Source: Callorhinchus milii (Eukaryota). Taken from it: a DNA stretch of 64,000 nt. Shown here piece by piece: positions 51,852 to 64,000 of this stretch. The stretch is from the NCBI RefSeq assembly GCF_018977255.1, contig NW_024704743.1, positions 115,322,001-115,386,000 on the forward strand. The letters are read 5' to 3'. Positions within the stretch are counted from its first letter, which is position 1. Each line of letters begins with the position of its first letter. The notes under the pieces were generated by a model. It was not told where the DNA came from and made no database searches. It was given only the letters and a program-made list of their open reading frames with translations. Made by a program: the position numbers and the translations under genes.

Positions 51852-52330
51852 TAGGCAAGAAATAGTTGTTATATTCGCCCTCTAATACTTGCTCTTTTCT
51901 GTCTGAGCTAATTTACTTGAAGATATAATACAGATAAACGCAAGGTACATATAGATTGCTTTTCTGAGGCAATAATCCCTCCCCCACTAAAAAATAATTA
52001 AGAATTTGGTCACTCAATTTACGACCGTTTGTGGGATACTGCTGTGTGCAATTGGCTGCCCAATTTGACCACAAAATATAGTCAATCCACTTTATAATAT
52101 ATTCTGTGAAGTGCTTTGAGATGTCTCGAAGATGTGATAAGGCATTATATCAAATGCAAGGATTACTATTCTCTTTTCCAATCTCTGTGGGTTATTAATG
52201 TCCACCTGAACAGGCAGACTGGGCCTTGGTTTACATAAAAGAGCACCCCAAGTGCACCAACCTTTCATAGAAACCAGCTGGCTAAAAAGTAACATATTTT
52301 ATTGAAAAGTACAGAAAAAAATCTTCTTAC

Positions 52331-52460
52331 CCATATTCTTCATTTGATCAAAATAGGCCAATTTTGAAGCAGCATAAATGGCTTGAGAAGTCTGCAAGCA
52401 TCCGACAACAGCGTCCATCAGCAAGACATTAGTTAGTGCTCGTTGGATGTATTGTGGGTC
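52331..52460 (-). CDS. DENND3: DENND3 coding exon
   Basis: tctttag|GAC...ATG G|gtaaga, 130 nt, phase 0-1. Encodes [43 protein letters not shown]. Confidence 0.92.
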
Positions 52461-53207
52461 CTAAAGATGGAATAGTAAACAAATTACCATAAATGATCAA
52501 TACATATTTAGGTTTATTCTGCAAATAATTCTCCATATAATTTGTAAAAATAATCAAACCTCAAGGAATTTGTGATGATCAAAAAGAGTCCTTGAAGCTT
52601 ATGCCTGCTTATGTTCAGCAAGTACCTGCCTGCTTCATGTCCTCCGCCCTATCTGCCCCACATTGACAGACGGGCTTTCTGCTCCTGTTATCTGGAACTC
52701 CATTCCAGAGTCTCTCCAACTCGCTCCCTTCCTCACCTCATTCAAGATCAGTTCAAGATAGCTCTTTAACAGCGCTTTCCCGCATCTCTCCAATCTTTAC
52801 ACCCTAAGCCCAGTAGGAGTGTCTGTTCTCTGAGATGTCCTCCAACATGAAATGTGCTTTATAAATATAAATTCCCACAGCAGAGAATTATCTGAAGGCA
52901 ACTTTACCACTTTGAAGTAGGTTTCATGTAAGAAGATGTAAAACTGTCTCAGATCCAGATAAATGTATAACTTTGTATCCTTTTGGTGAATTATATGAAA
53001 CTTACTTCCTACCTAATGACTTGTGAAGGGCCATCTATCAGTAAGGTGGCCAATTTAAATTTGCATTTATTCTTCCATTCAGAATTTTCTTAAATTATGT
53101 TGACATGTGAAAAAGTATGTTCATCTGTGATTTCTATCAACCAAATCCTGAAATACTTACATACAGAGAGAAGTGCAAGCAAGATCTTAGTAAGAGTACA
53201 CAAGTCT

Positions 53208-53450
53208 TATAATAATAATCGTTGCATTTGATATAGCGCTTTTCAAGTCTTCTAGACGTCTCAATGCGCTTCACAGAATATGCTGTGAAGTGAATTGACT
53301 GTATATTTGAGGGCGAAATGCGGCAGCCAATTGCATACAGCAGTGTCCCACAAACAGTCGTTGATTGAAAACAGCCAATTTATTACTTTTTTTTGGAGAG
53401 ATTATTATTAGGCGTGTGGAGTAAGGACACTTGCCCAAGGTTTCGCCCTG
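53208..53450 (-). mobile_element. Deu-domain SINE lacking the tRNA head
   Basis: Tail, Deu domain and ttgcccaaggtttcgccc are present; the A/B boxes are missing. Confidence 0.8.
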
Positions 53451-53707
53451 CTTTATGGCTAAGAAACAAATAAATTAGAGGTAGATTTTCTTAGAATTAG
53501 CAGTCCCATTAATAATAATAATCCTTGCATTTGATATTGCACCTTATCATGTTGTTGAAAAGTCTCAAAACCCACACAGAATATACTGTAAAGTGAATTG
53601 ACTATATACTTGTGGGCAAAAATTTCATTCGTCATCTATCCTGTTGCTGACCTAAAAAATAGAAAACCTAAATATATCAAAGCATTTCAAACAGAAGAGT
53701 ATAAAAC

Positions 53708-53875
53708 CTTGTGTTTATCTGCCATTTTTTTTCCAGCCCACATCTCCTTCACAATCAATTGCCAAAGGTCACGTTCAGTCTTCAGGTTTCCTACGAATGG
53801 TTCTTTCAGACTGCTCTTTATTTTTAGAGCAGGGATTCGAAGTGGGAAAAACATCACAGACATGATCTCAATCTC
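53708..53875 (-). CDS. DENND3: DENND3 coding exon
   Basis: ggttag|GAG...AAG|gtttta, 168 nt, phase 0-0. Encodes [56 protein letters not shown]. Confidence 0.9.
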
Positions 53876-54081
53876 CTAACCATAAAGAGAAAACGTTTCA
53901 GAGCTCATTCACAGTTTGAAGGAACATATTTCTAAAATTATTGTTGTCAAGAATTGTACAGAATTATAAAGTGTTTCTTGACTAAGACGTGCGTTACATT
54001 CATTGCTGAGTCTTCCAGCTCCATTAGGAATTCTAACCAATGAAGTGAACTGCAAGCACCAAGATTCAAGTTGGTTCTCCT

Positions 54082-54540
54082 CAACAACAACAAAATTGCA
54101 TTTATAGAGCGCTTTTCACGTAGGGAGGACGTCCCAAAGTGCTGAACAGTCAAGTGTCGGGGCCCGAGCATGGGGGAGGGTTGGTGTAAGGGTGAGGGAA
54201 GGCAGAGAGGTGGGAGGGAGATCAAAGGCATGGTCAAAGGGTTTTGAGACCGGCCTTGAAGGAGGCAAGGGAGGAAGCGAGGTGAAGGGACCGTGGGATG
54301 GAGTTCCAGAGTGTGGGTGGGGGCAGAGAGGCTGAAAGCCCAGCCACAAAGGATAGGGCGGGTCGGGCGGGAGACATGGAGCAGGCCGGAGCCCGCTGAA
54401 CGGAGGGAGCGGGCAGGTTGGTAGGGAGTCAGTAGGTCAGAGAGGTAGGAGGGGCCAAGGCCATGGATGGCCTTAAAGGTGAGGATGAGGATCTTGAACT
54501 CGATCCTCTGGGGGATGGGGAGCCAGTGGAGTTGGGCGAG
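54082..54540 (-). mobile_element. L2 LINE 3' fragment, subfamily B
   Basis: Closely similar to 47401-47870. Confidence 0.88.
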
Positions 54541-54892
54541 GTCTCAAGTAATAAGACCATAAAAACAGAAACTATTGCACGAGGAGGCCATGACATTTCT
54601 AAAGACTGGATCGAGATAGACGTGAAACATGTGAGAATAAAGAAGAAGTTTTCATTTAGGCTGCATTCAAACTCTGATCCCATTTTCATTGATGCTTGCG
54701 TGTCGCATTAATGAGACACCCAAACAATCACTTTAATTGGTTGGAATTTTAAGTGGTGCTTGTGATGATGGGTGGTGGGGGATAGTATTCAGCAATGAAT
54801 GTAACACATGCCTTAGTCATGAAACATTATGGGGCAGTGATCTAAACTACTGAGCATTAGTAATGGTTGGTTCAGTAATTCCTAAGCATTAC

Positions 54893-55152
54893 CTGGATGT
54901 CCCTGAATTTTGCAATCTCGACGTAACCAGGTCTTCCCTCAGTGAGAAGAAACAGTCGTTTCTGTGTCAATGCAATTTTTCCAACACCGTAATTGGTCTT
55001 CACAGAAGATGACAACTTGTAGACGGATTCATTTTTGTCCAGGTGCTCGATTACTTCCACAGGTAGGATGACATCTTGAGCCTCAGTCTCAGACTCCTTC
55101 CAGAAATTATAGAAGTATTTAAATGTTTCAGGATCAATCTGTTTCTGATGCC
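54893..55152 (-). CDS. DENND3: DENND3 coding exon
   Basis: atttaag|GG...CAG|gtaatg, 260 nt, phase 1-0. Encodes [86 protein letters not shown]. Confidence 0.93.
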
Positions 55153-55529
55153 CTTAAATAAAAGGAAAACAAAAGTTACAATAATGCCAGTGTTAAAGAA
55201 GGATCCGACAATCGATACTCTCAACAAAATCAAAGGAGAAAATGTTGTGGTATCACCCCCACCTCCCATGTTCTTTGAATCTTCAAAAAATTTGCACCAG
55301 GGGGTCAAAATGAAAACAAAGCAATGAAGCCAAGCAAAATGTAGCTTCTCATTAATGCAACATCCAAGCAACGATGAATATGAATGCTTCTGAAAGAAAT
55401 TGGGTAAAAGACAATAATATGGCATAGAATGCAGAGAAACCAGTGTGCAGTGTTAAGTTTAATCCCCTCTTGGATGCAATGCTGTTTAGACAGATTATTG
55501 GGGTAAAGTGTCACACAGAGACAAGTATT

Positions 55530-55716
55530 CCTGAAATTTCTCATGGTCTTGGCCTTAATCTAAGACCATTGTCTTAAAATTTAAAATCAGGAAAAATTCT
55601 GAAGATTCTCATACAGTTTGAATTTGGATGCCGTTTCTTAAAAATTTAAAGTGAAGTTAATTTCCAAAATTTTGTACAATCTTAAATTTAAGGTTAAGAC
55701 CTTGAGAAAATTCAGG
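55530..55716. mobile_element. MITE-like element with 21-bp imperfect terminal inverted repeats
   Basis: cctgaaatttctcatggtctt (55530-55550) vs aagaccttgagaaaattcagg (55696-55716), 19/21 complementary. Related pieces at ~15175-15290, ~20281-20380 and ~39280-39372. Confidence 0.65.
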
Positions 55717-55919
55717 CCTCAGATCCTTTACACACAAAGAAACTAGGGGGGAAAAAAAAGTACAGCTAAATACATGAAACAGCCAGAATCAGAACTTGAA
55801 AGCAAACCTAATAACAACTTAAATGTCTATAGGTCATAAATTCTGAAAACAAATTACATAATATAGTAAAACTCACATTAAGGCTTATCTTTATAAATTG
55901 TATAATTGTCTTAAGTCGT

Positions 55920-56420
55920 AAATTCACCCTAGTGCCATTCAGTTTCCTCTCAAAACCACTTAGATTTCTTTACACTGGTTGTATTTTATAAGCAAATCAT
56001 CTCCTAATTTGTAATACCGCTCCCCTAATCCTCCATTAGTCTCAGACTTACCGGCTGCATTGAACTGGGGAAAATGACGTCCTGACTCGTCGACGCATGT
56101 GCACGTACCAACTGACTGTATTCAATTGTGGGAAACAGTCTCGATTCAATGATGCATGCACAGAAGAACTTAAATTTCCCGTGATTAGGGTGATTCCACG
56201 CTTGCCGATAAGTGCGTATGTGGCGATGGGTAAACACGCATTAAATTGTGAGAAACGTAGCCTTGACTAGTCCTTACCAGCTGCATTGAATTATGTGTGC
56301 GCAGTGTAGATTCTTGATTAAATTGGATTTTATACGACGTACAGTTTACCTCTAACTCGGATTTCGCACAAGTCATTAAATGTTATGGTCCCAACTGATA
56401 TGATTTATGGGAATTTACTG
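55920..56420 (-). repeat. Unclassified CpG-rich interspersed element, copy 2
   Basis: Reverse complement similarity to 46395-46925. Confidence 0.75.
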
Positions 56421-58749
56421 TAATATTTTACAAATGTGAATGTACAACTTCTAATTTTATTGTCGAATACATTCTATTCCTTTCCTCTAGAGTACCACTC
56501 AAGAGTAAGTAGGGTCTTATGTTTAATTTCAACCATGCTCCTCAATTTCTCTGTTTAACTCACAAAATAATTCATTGCAACCAGTCATGTCAAGAGAGAC
56601 CAGGAGTCTAAAATATTCTATCTTCTTAGACATATAACTTAAAATCGTCTCAAAATTTAAGTTTATGCAAAATTTTAGAAAGTAGCTTTAATTTGGAACC
56701 CCATGTTGAACCTTGCTGGGGACATCTTCCTGACATGAAAGGTGCTATACAAATGTAATTTTGTATTTTCGTTTGTGCTATGCAGAGAACCATTGCCAAA
56801 TTATGAAAAATTGTTTTAATTCCAAATTCCAAAAAGTTTTCTAAAGCCTATCATCTTAAGGCTATGAATATGTTTTTGTTTCCCCGGGTGGATTAGTTTT
56901 ATTAAAAGGTGTTTCCCCAGAGTCACAATAGAGAAGGCAGAATCCAGTGTGGGGTGGAGGGAAGGAAGAGGAGAAAGAGAAGAATTCAGACTCCTCTAAA
57001 CCACAATATACAGCAGGATGCTTTACGATGGCATCGGTCATAGAAGAGCTTAAGAGAGCGGAGAAAAATAAAGGTATTTCAAAGTAAAGAAGGGATAAAG
57101 GAAGTCATAACAATTGTAACAAGATATAAAAATATTGATTAACTTGTGCCATGCTGTTAGCATCAGAAGGGTATAGAACAACAACCACAAAATGACATTT
57201 GTATACGCCTTTCATGTCAGGAGCACATCCCAAGGCGCTGGAAAGGAATTAATTGTAGAAACATCAATTCTTCTGGTAATTCTCTATCAGAGAAACAGTG
57301 TGAGATTTGGCTTTTACCTACTATAGAATCCAAATTCTGCAAAAATTAAAATATTGTAGGATTTCTTCCCTACAATTTTTACGTTGAAGCTGTGATGTTC
57401 TAAATTGGTTTAGATTTTTAGATTGTTTTTTATATTTATCAAGTTGGCTCTTAATGTATAACTCATTTGGGGGCAGAATTGAAAAACAAGAGATTGGGAA
57501 TTAAACCACTAGTAGGTTGGAATTTAATTAAAATGAACAAAAAAATTGCACAAACATACTAAACAAACAACTAACGAACCTGTGCATTTATTCATAAGAA
57601 TATGATTCTGTTAATTTACAAGCTTTAATATGGTAACTTTTCTGCACGTCAAGGTGAGGCATGCAAATGCTAGAGATAGATACAGATAATTTACCGAGCA
57701 GGGGTGACCTGGGTCCAAGAGCCTGAATTGGGAAATAACCTATGTAAAATGGCTTCTCAGTAGCAATGCCATTTAGCATTAGCACTTCTTCAATAATAGA
57801 ACAGAATTTAGAAGCAGTTTTAATAATAGTGACATTGTGTTACTCCCTACCATAAACAGAGATCAGCTATTGTATTATCTATTTTATAAATTTTAAACAG
57901 TTAAATAGATGTCACATTATATTTACTTGTTGCTATGGTTCAATTCTGTTGCCATAGGTAATTTGAATGTTTGTATTTTAGGACTATCTCTTGTGAATTC
58001 TCTATATTCTGATATATCTTAAGGGAACATAAAAAAGCAGCATGAATTGCAGTTAGTATGGTTAGACTTTGAGACGATTCAGCATTACATTCTGCTTACC
58101 AGTCTCGGAGGGTAAGTAAAATATAGATCTCGAAATCACAGTAGGCTTTGGGAATTGCTCCGATGTCAAGCCATAACAATCAGAGTTGTTCTTTTCAGAT
58201 TTAAGTGTTGGAGGTCTAGGAAAGTCTTTTTCAACCACACCTGGAACAATGTCACAGCTTCAAATAAAGTCAACAAAATTGAACAGAAAGTAGAGAAATA
58301 TTTTTAGTGAAGGGTGATAGGCTTTAGAAATCAAAGTACTTGGAAAATCAAGATGTTTTGAGGTTATTAGATGATGAGATCAGCGTGACAAAGAAATCTT
58401 TTGGGATGTCACGAGGAGACGAGAGGCCAGATGGACCATTGATCTATTCCTACAGGATACGATTATGTATTGATAAGGTGATAGCACTCAAAAACGAAGT
58501 TCTAACGGTGTTGCTGCGTTTGTGATACCATGAGTTTTACATATTATAAAACTCTTGCAGTTCCAAAATTTTAAAATACAGCGCAAAAAAGGATGCATTG
58601 CATCCCCACTCATGAGCATCCATTGTTTTTACATGATTGTCGGAGACGACCTGAAGTAAACACTGCTTTACTCCCTTATAGGCAATGGGTCCACTTCCAC
58701 ACAAACGACAACCAACTCTGTCTCTTGGCCTGTACCCTTGATTCCAGGA

Positions 58750-59480
58750 CAACTACTATTCTGTCTTGAAAACATCAAGTCCTGGATGAGTTCTAATTTT
58801 CTTCAGTTCAACGTTGACAGGACTAAAACTCTCCTGCTTGGCTCTTGTCAGCACCTTCTCAACTTAGGTACGATCTACATGGTTACTCACTTCAACTCAA
58901 AGAGTCAGTGCAGAACCTCGGTGTCTATTCAACTCTAACTATTCATTAAACCTTACATCCTACTCTCATTCACTCTGCTTCTCCCCCAGCCCCATCTCTG
59001 AAACATCATCCGTCTCTATTACTACTTTTTACACAAGCTGCCAAGACAAGCATCCATACTTTAATCACCTTCGAGCCCCAATACTCAAATGGCCTGCTCA
59101 CTGGACTCTCCAGCTTCTCCTTACACAAGTTATTGACCATGCAGAACTCTACAGCCCTGGTCCTCTCCCACAACAAGCTCATCTACCCCATCCTCACTTG
59201 GCTCCACTGGTTTGCCATCGCCCAGGGGATTGATTTTAAGATTATCGTCTTTGATTTCAAATACCTCCATACCTCTACCCACCCTACCTCTGTGACCTTA
59301 CCTCAGCCAGTCCCCCTGTTCAACAAACATAAGCCAGCATCATGTCCAATTTCTAACTATCACCACCTTTCACCTCTTCAGCTCCCCCTCCCTCCAGAGC
59401 CCCCCGCCCCTCTATCTCAGGCTCCCAGTCAGTCCTGTGAAGTACTTTCAGTGTGAAAATATATAAATGAAAACTGCTAT
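58750..59480 (+). mobile_element. Highly degenerate L2 fragment
   Basis: CLENIKSWMSSNFLQFNVDRT and LTWLHWFAIAQGIDFKII remnants. Confidence 0.75.
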
Positions 59481-59671
59481 TCTGTACACGCGAGAATGCC
59501 TTGATAATACTGAGTGAGTATTACTTTGACATCAAGGTGTTTGCGTAAGCAGGAAATATCATTTATAAAGTTTTGCGATGTCCACTATCCAGGAAATGCT
59601 CCTACAATTCAGGTGACTTTGATCCTATATGATTTTGTCATTCTGCCAACATGATTTGAGTGACAAAGATG

Positions 59672-59975
59672 ATAATAATCCTTGCAAGTGAATTGACTGT
59701 ATATTTGTGGGCAAAACGGAGCAACCAATTGCACACAGCAGTGTCCCACAAACAGTTCTGGATTGAGTGACCAAATTATTATTTTTTTGGGGGGGGATTA
59801 TTATCCCCGGAAAAGCGATCCGCCAATCGATAACAACCGGGTTCCTACTTACTGCTAGGTAAACAGAGGTATGTGGAGTAAGGAATCTTATCGAACATTT
59901 CGCCATCCTGGGAATCAAACCCAGGTCTCTTGCTTGAGAGGCGAGAACTCTAACCACTGAGCTACAGAACTCCAC
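59672..59975 (-). mobile_element. Deu-domain SINE, long variant, with most of the L2-like tail deleted
   Basis: Head and Deu domain present. atccttgca joins directly to agtgaattgac, skipping the stem-loop segment seen in other copies. Confidence 0.8.
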
Positions 59976-60170
59976 AGCATAATCAAAAAAATCTGATAGC
60001 TGTTTGCTCACATACCTCTTGACATGTTGTGATACCTCCATGTTTGCTTTCTTAAAAGAAGTGACATTAAAAGCAGTTTGTCAAGCGTTCTGGGACACTA
60101 CCCTGCGTGAGGAGTGCATATTAATGTAAATTGTTGTTGTTATTAAAATAAATTGTATTTTTGTTAGTTA

Positions 60171-60184
60171 CCACTAGGTGGCAG
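60171..60184 (+). promoter_or_regulatory. CTCF-like motif
   Basis: CCACTAGGTGGCAG matches the CTCF core consensus. Motif match only. Confidence 0.4.
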
Positions 60185-60946
60185 TATGAGCTTTGTTAAA
60201 GTGTAACTGGTGGTACTCCCATTCCAAATGGGAATTTCTGTGTGAAAGGAATGCATGGCACCCTCAGCCTGGTTTGGATACCGGAGCATGGTGAATGGTT
60301 TCCACATGGTCAGACACCCAGCTGAAAAAAAAGTGGTGTGGACATTTCAGTATCAGGTAGTTTCCTATTTTCCAGTTGGATGGGGAGGTGAAGGTAACTC
60401 CTGGTATCTTTCTCATGGTCATTCGACTTTAGAAAATGAATGAAGGTAGGCTATTTGACCAAGGAGAGCACAGCCAAGTTGATTCCTGTCCTGCCCTGAC
60501 CTGTAAACGCTCTGGGACTCTGTCCTGCATGACAGGTGTGATATAAATGCAAGTTGTTGTTGATATATGTTGTGCAATTTTCAAGAGGTGACAGTGGATG
60601 TGAAAACCGTGAAAACCCCATCTGATTTTTCCTTACACCTGCCAATGGGCATTAAAGTCTGTAGCATTGTCCCAATTGCTACTCCATGTCGAGATCAGTT
60701 GGTGCAGGGAGACTGGGATCAAACCTCCAACCTTTTGGTGTATATAGGTTGGTGCTGCAGCATTGATTGCATTTATTCATGGCCGTTGAGGAACCCATAA
60801 AATTTGTTCGCATGATTTTAAATCAATACCAACAGCAAAATGTTCAGAAAAATCACAAGCTACTAGTTTCAACATACATTTAGTCTTGCTTTGATTCATT
60901 TATGAAAATGGGTATGGACAAGAAATGAGTTAAGCACAACACTAAC

Positions 60947-61471
60947 CAATAGTTAAGGCTTCAAACAGCCGAAGTATGGTGTCGGTGTCCTTCACAATTC
61001 CAGATTCTTGGATCCGTTTCACAAAATCCTCCTGATGCATGTGCGTTTTCGGCAGCTCAAACGTTTTGACCTGATCATCAGATCCTGTCACATCTCGCTC
61101 TTTCTCTAACATTATGCTGATAAGCCGTTTCAATTCTGGTTTCTGGTTGGCTTGATTGAGCTGATCTGGAGGCATTGCATAGATCACTTTCTTCACTAGT
61201 TCCTTTGGGAAAATATCAAGATCAGTCTTGTAAAGGTTTTGGAAGTCTAAGAGAGCCTGCAGAAATTTTCCCAGATTCAAATAGGCCAGTCCCCGGAGAT
61301 AATAATACCGAGCCAATAAGCTTGAGCTTTCTGACCCGACTGGAGGATTGATAGCCCTGTTGAGGAGGTTGATGAAATCTTTATACCATGACATGACAGA
61401 GGAATAATTCAGTGGCGACTGGAACTCTGGTAGTTTGAATATTTTTACTAATTTTTTGTTCATCTTTATGG
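60947..61471 (-). CDS. DENND3: DENND3 large coding exon
   Basis: ttttcag|CC...ATT G|gttagt, 525 nt, phase 1-1. Overlaps ORF 60942..61463: LLARYYYLRGL...ALLDFQNLYKTDLDIFP...FVKRIQESGIVKD...RLFEALTI. Confidence 0.94.
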
Positions 61472-62080
61472 CTGAAAAAAAAATACATTTTCAAATGGAT
61501 GAGAGTTGTTCGATATATCTCTATTGGATCTATTTAGGAAATAACATTATGGGATATAATACATAGGTAGTTTGGAAGATATGTGCACACGACCGCTAGG
61601 AAGGTGGAAGTTGAACTAGATGGACCTTCAGTCTTTTTTTTGCCAAGCATTTCTTATGATCTATTTACTTCTTAGTTATTTATGCTTTTGCAATACATTA
61701 ACTATTCATTCCAAGTTTACCCTCAAATTGAAATTAATTGGCTATTCATCTCATAGTTGTTGATGGAAAGTTGCTGGTACAGATTAGCACCATGTTTGCC
61801 TATAAAACATTCCCTCATTTCTAATCAATTTAATTTTTTAAGTGCACAGAGATATTCTTTTATCAGCTATATAAATGCATAAAATAAAAGTTATTATTAA
61901 TACTGTATGATAGTCAGTTAATTTAATTAAATTTACTACTTTTCACGACTTAAAAACCATCCAATGAAAACTACCATTTTCTAATAGAATAACATGCATC
62001 TTAGAAAAAGTTAAATATTCCATTTCAATAATTGTTTAGGGAAATAAATATTTAATATAATCTTTAATGGTTCTTATTAC

Positions 62081-62262
62081 CATTTTCAGGCTTGTACTTC
62101 CTCACAGTCAGAGGAGAGACAGGAAAATCATGGAAAATATCCATTGGTAAATTTGGCATGCTTGCTGCAAATCGTTTAACCATCATAAAGTCATTGTTAC
62201 GTTCTCTTCTCAAAGCTATCTCTTCCATGGTAGGTCTCCGGGGGCTATCTAGCATTTTCATC
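62081..62262 (-). CDS. DENND3: DENND3 coding exon
   Basis: gttctag|G...AAT G|gtaata, 182 nt, phase 2-1. Encodes MKMLDSPRRPTMEEIALRRERNNDFMMVKRFAASMPNL... Confidence 0.88.
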
Positions 62263-62774
62263 CTAGAACAGTAAAATGAAATGGTAAGATACTGCTCATC
62301 ACAAAACGGGGTATAATACTTTGTCACTGCCCAGATGAAAGGCTTAAAGGAATTGAGGTTCAAAGAAAAACACCAAGATTCTGCACGTTGAAGTGAGTAA
62401 TTGGGAAGGATGAAAGCCTGTAATGAGAAAAAGCTAGCAAGAGCCAACTTGTTTTTCCAGACAGTCAACCTTACCAATATTTCAATAGTTTTAATAGGCT
62501 AAAACTGCAAATATGGCCTCAATAATGAACTGTACAAGGCAAACTGCCTCATTAAGCCAAAGACTGCAAATCGTGTATGTCAATTGAAACCTAAAATTCA
62601 ATTCCAAACCTATGGACAGAGTCCAAAGGTATACTGCTAAAATAAATTCTACCTTTCTTTGAATTTGTCTGGTTTGATTAAATCAGGTGTTAATTTTATG
62701 CTCTATATTTTATCCATATAATTTTTCTTAAATTGTACATTTTTAATCATTACTTTTTACTTCAGAAATATTAC

Positions 62775-62878
62775 CTGTCCATTTCAGAGCAGGTGCGGAG
62801 TTCCATCTGTGTGAATGTATCCATCCTTCTGCTCAAACGATCTTTAAGGAACGAATGGAATATATAGGTCTCCAGCAC
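62775..62878 (-). CDS. DENND3: DENND3 coding exon (dDENN region)
   Basis: ttgcag|GTG...GAC AG|gtaata, 104 nt, phase 0-2. Encodes [34 protein letters not shown]. Confidence 0.92.
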
Positions 62879-63616
62879 CTGCAATTTATAAAAACAAGTC
62901 TATTTTAATATGTTCACATTAATATGTATTTTTACAAAACTGATCGTGATAATGCAACAGCATCTGACAATAATGTCAAAACTTTTCAGCCTCCGAAAAC
63001 GCAGAAGCATCAAGAGGATTTTGTTAAATAAATGAATAGTATATCTAGATCAAATTCAAAATTTAGAACATTCAAATGTAATGTTTAAAAGGGAGATGGA
63101 TACGTAGGAAGTAAGGATATTAAGGTGTGTGAGAAAAGGTAGGAAAATTAGATTAAAAGATCAGTCATGACATATCAACTCAGCGAAGCAGACTTGATGG
63201 GTTGAATGGCCTCTTCCTGTTCCTAAGCTTATGAATTTTAAAGCTTCCTCCAATCTAGGATAGGAAAACGATTAAAACTAACAAAATCACAAGGCTGAAT
63301 CAGACATTGACCTCTGGAATGTTTTAACTGAATTACCATTTTCTATACAAGTAGCAGTCTATTTTGATGTCAGTAACTTGAAGCAGGAAGAACTAATTTT
63401 TGGGTTAGCTTGTGATTTTCTTACGTTTATAACCATCTCCTGTTTTTGCATGTTTGCTTTACACACAATCTTTCTATACCTACTTCATTTAAAATATATA
63501 TACCTCCGTATCACATCACTTTACAGCAATAAAATGATGAACGCTCATACATCTGTGAATCATTTTTATGTCTCAAATTATACAGAAATTATTTTGAAAT
63601 GATCTTGAAAGGTTAC

Positions 63617-63713
63617 CTTTTTGTAAAATGGTTGATCAGAAATTGTCCTCGTCTTCAGAAATTCATCACTGTTAAATACTCGATATTCATAGTTAAGATA
63701 ATCTGACACATCC
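63617..63713 (-). CDS. DENND3: DENND3 coding exon (most 5' exon seen in window)
   Basis: gttgtag|G...AAG|gtaacc, 97 nt, phase 2-0. Encodes [32 protein letters not shown]. Confidence 0.9.
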
Positions 63714-64000
63714 CTACAACAATAGATTAATTACTATTGAGTATTGCAGTTACATTTTGAATATTTAATAGGTTTTCTAACTGACTGCAGAAACGTTACA
63801 TTCATGACAAAATGTGAGAGATGGTGGTGTGATTCTCCCCCTCCCCATTCCTAACGAATGAGGGAAAATTCTGCCTTTTTAAAACTAGGTAATTTTTAGT
63901 TGTTTAGTTGTGCAAAATTAAAATAAAACCAGTGTCCAACTCAGGAAATCTGCTTGAATACATTTGATGGTCTGTACTGTATAGCTCACATTAAAATATT

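Overview
Vertebrate nuclear DNA, most likely a cartilaginous fish (inferred from the repeat families). It holds two convergent, tail-to-tail spliced genes. SLC45A4 (+ strand, MFS-type transporter) has six coding exons from 16731 to the stop at 31506; its first coding exon was not found and probably lies upstream of the window. DENND3 (- strand, DENN-domain Rab GEF with C-terminal WD40 repeats) has 14 coding exons from 63713 down to the stop at 38652; its 5' part lies beyond the window. All exons were traced by GT-AG boundaries with consistent phases. Introns are dense in L2 LINEs, tRNA-headed Deu-domain SINEs sharing the L2 tail, CR1 3' fragments and unclassified repeats. Most notable: (1) minimal hammerhead-ribozyme motifs of the Penelope-associated type, one in sense in the last DENND3 intron beside its own inverted copy; (2) SINE tails that keep a 5-bp stem but swap the loop to match the youngest-looking L2; (3) an unclassified CpG-rich ~500-bp element present as two inverted copies; (4) an inverted L2 pair and several nested insertions whose empty sites are visible in paralogs inside the window. 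Most short ORFs in the track are repeat-derived or chance. Nothing here has been checked against databases.
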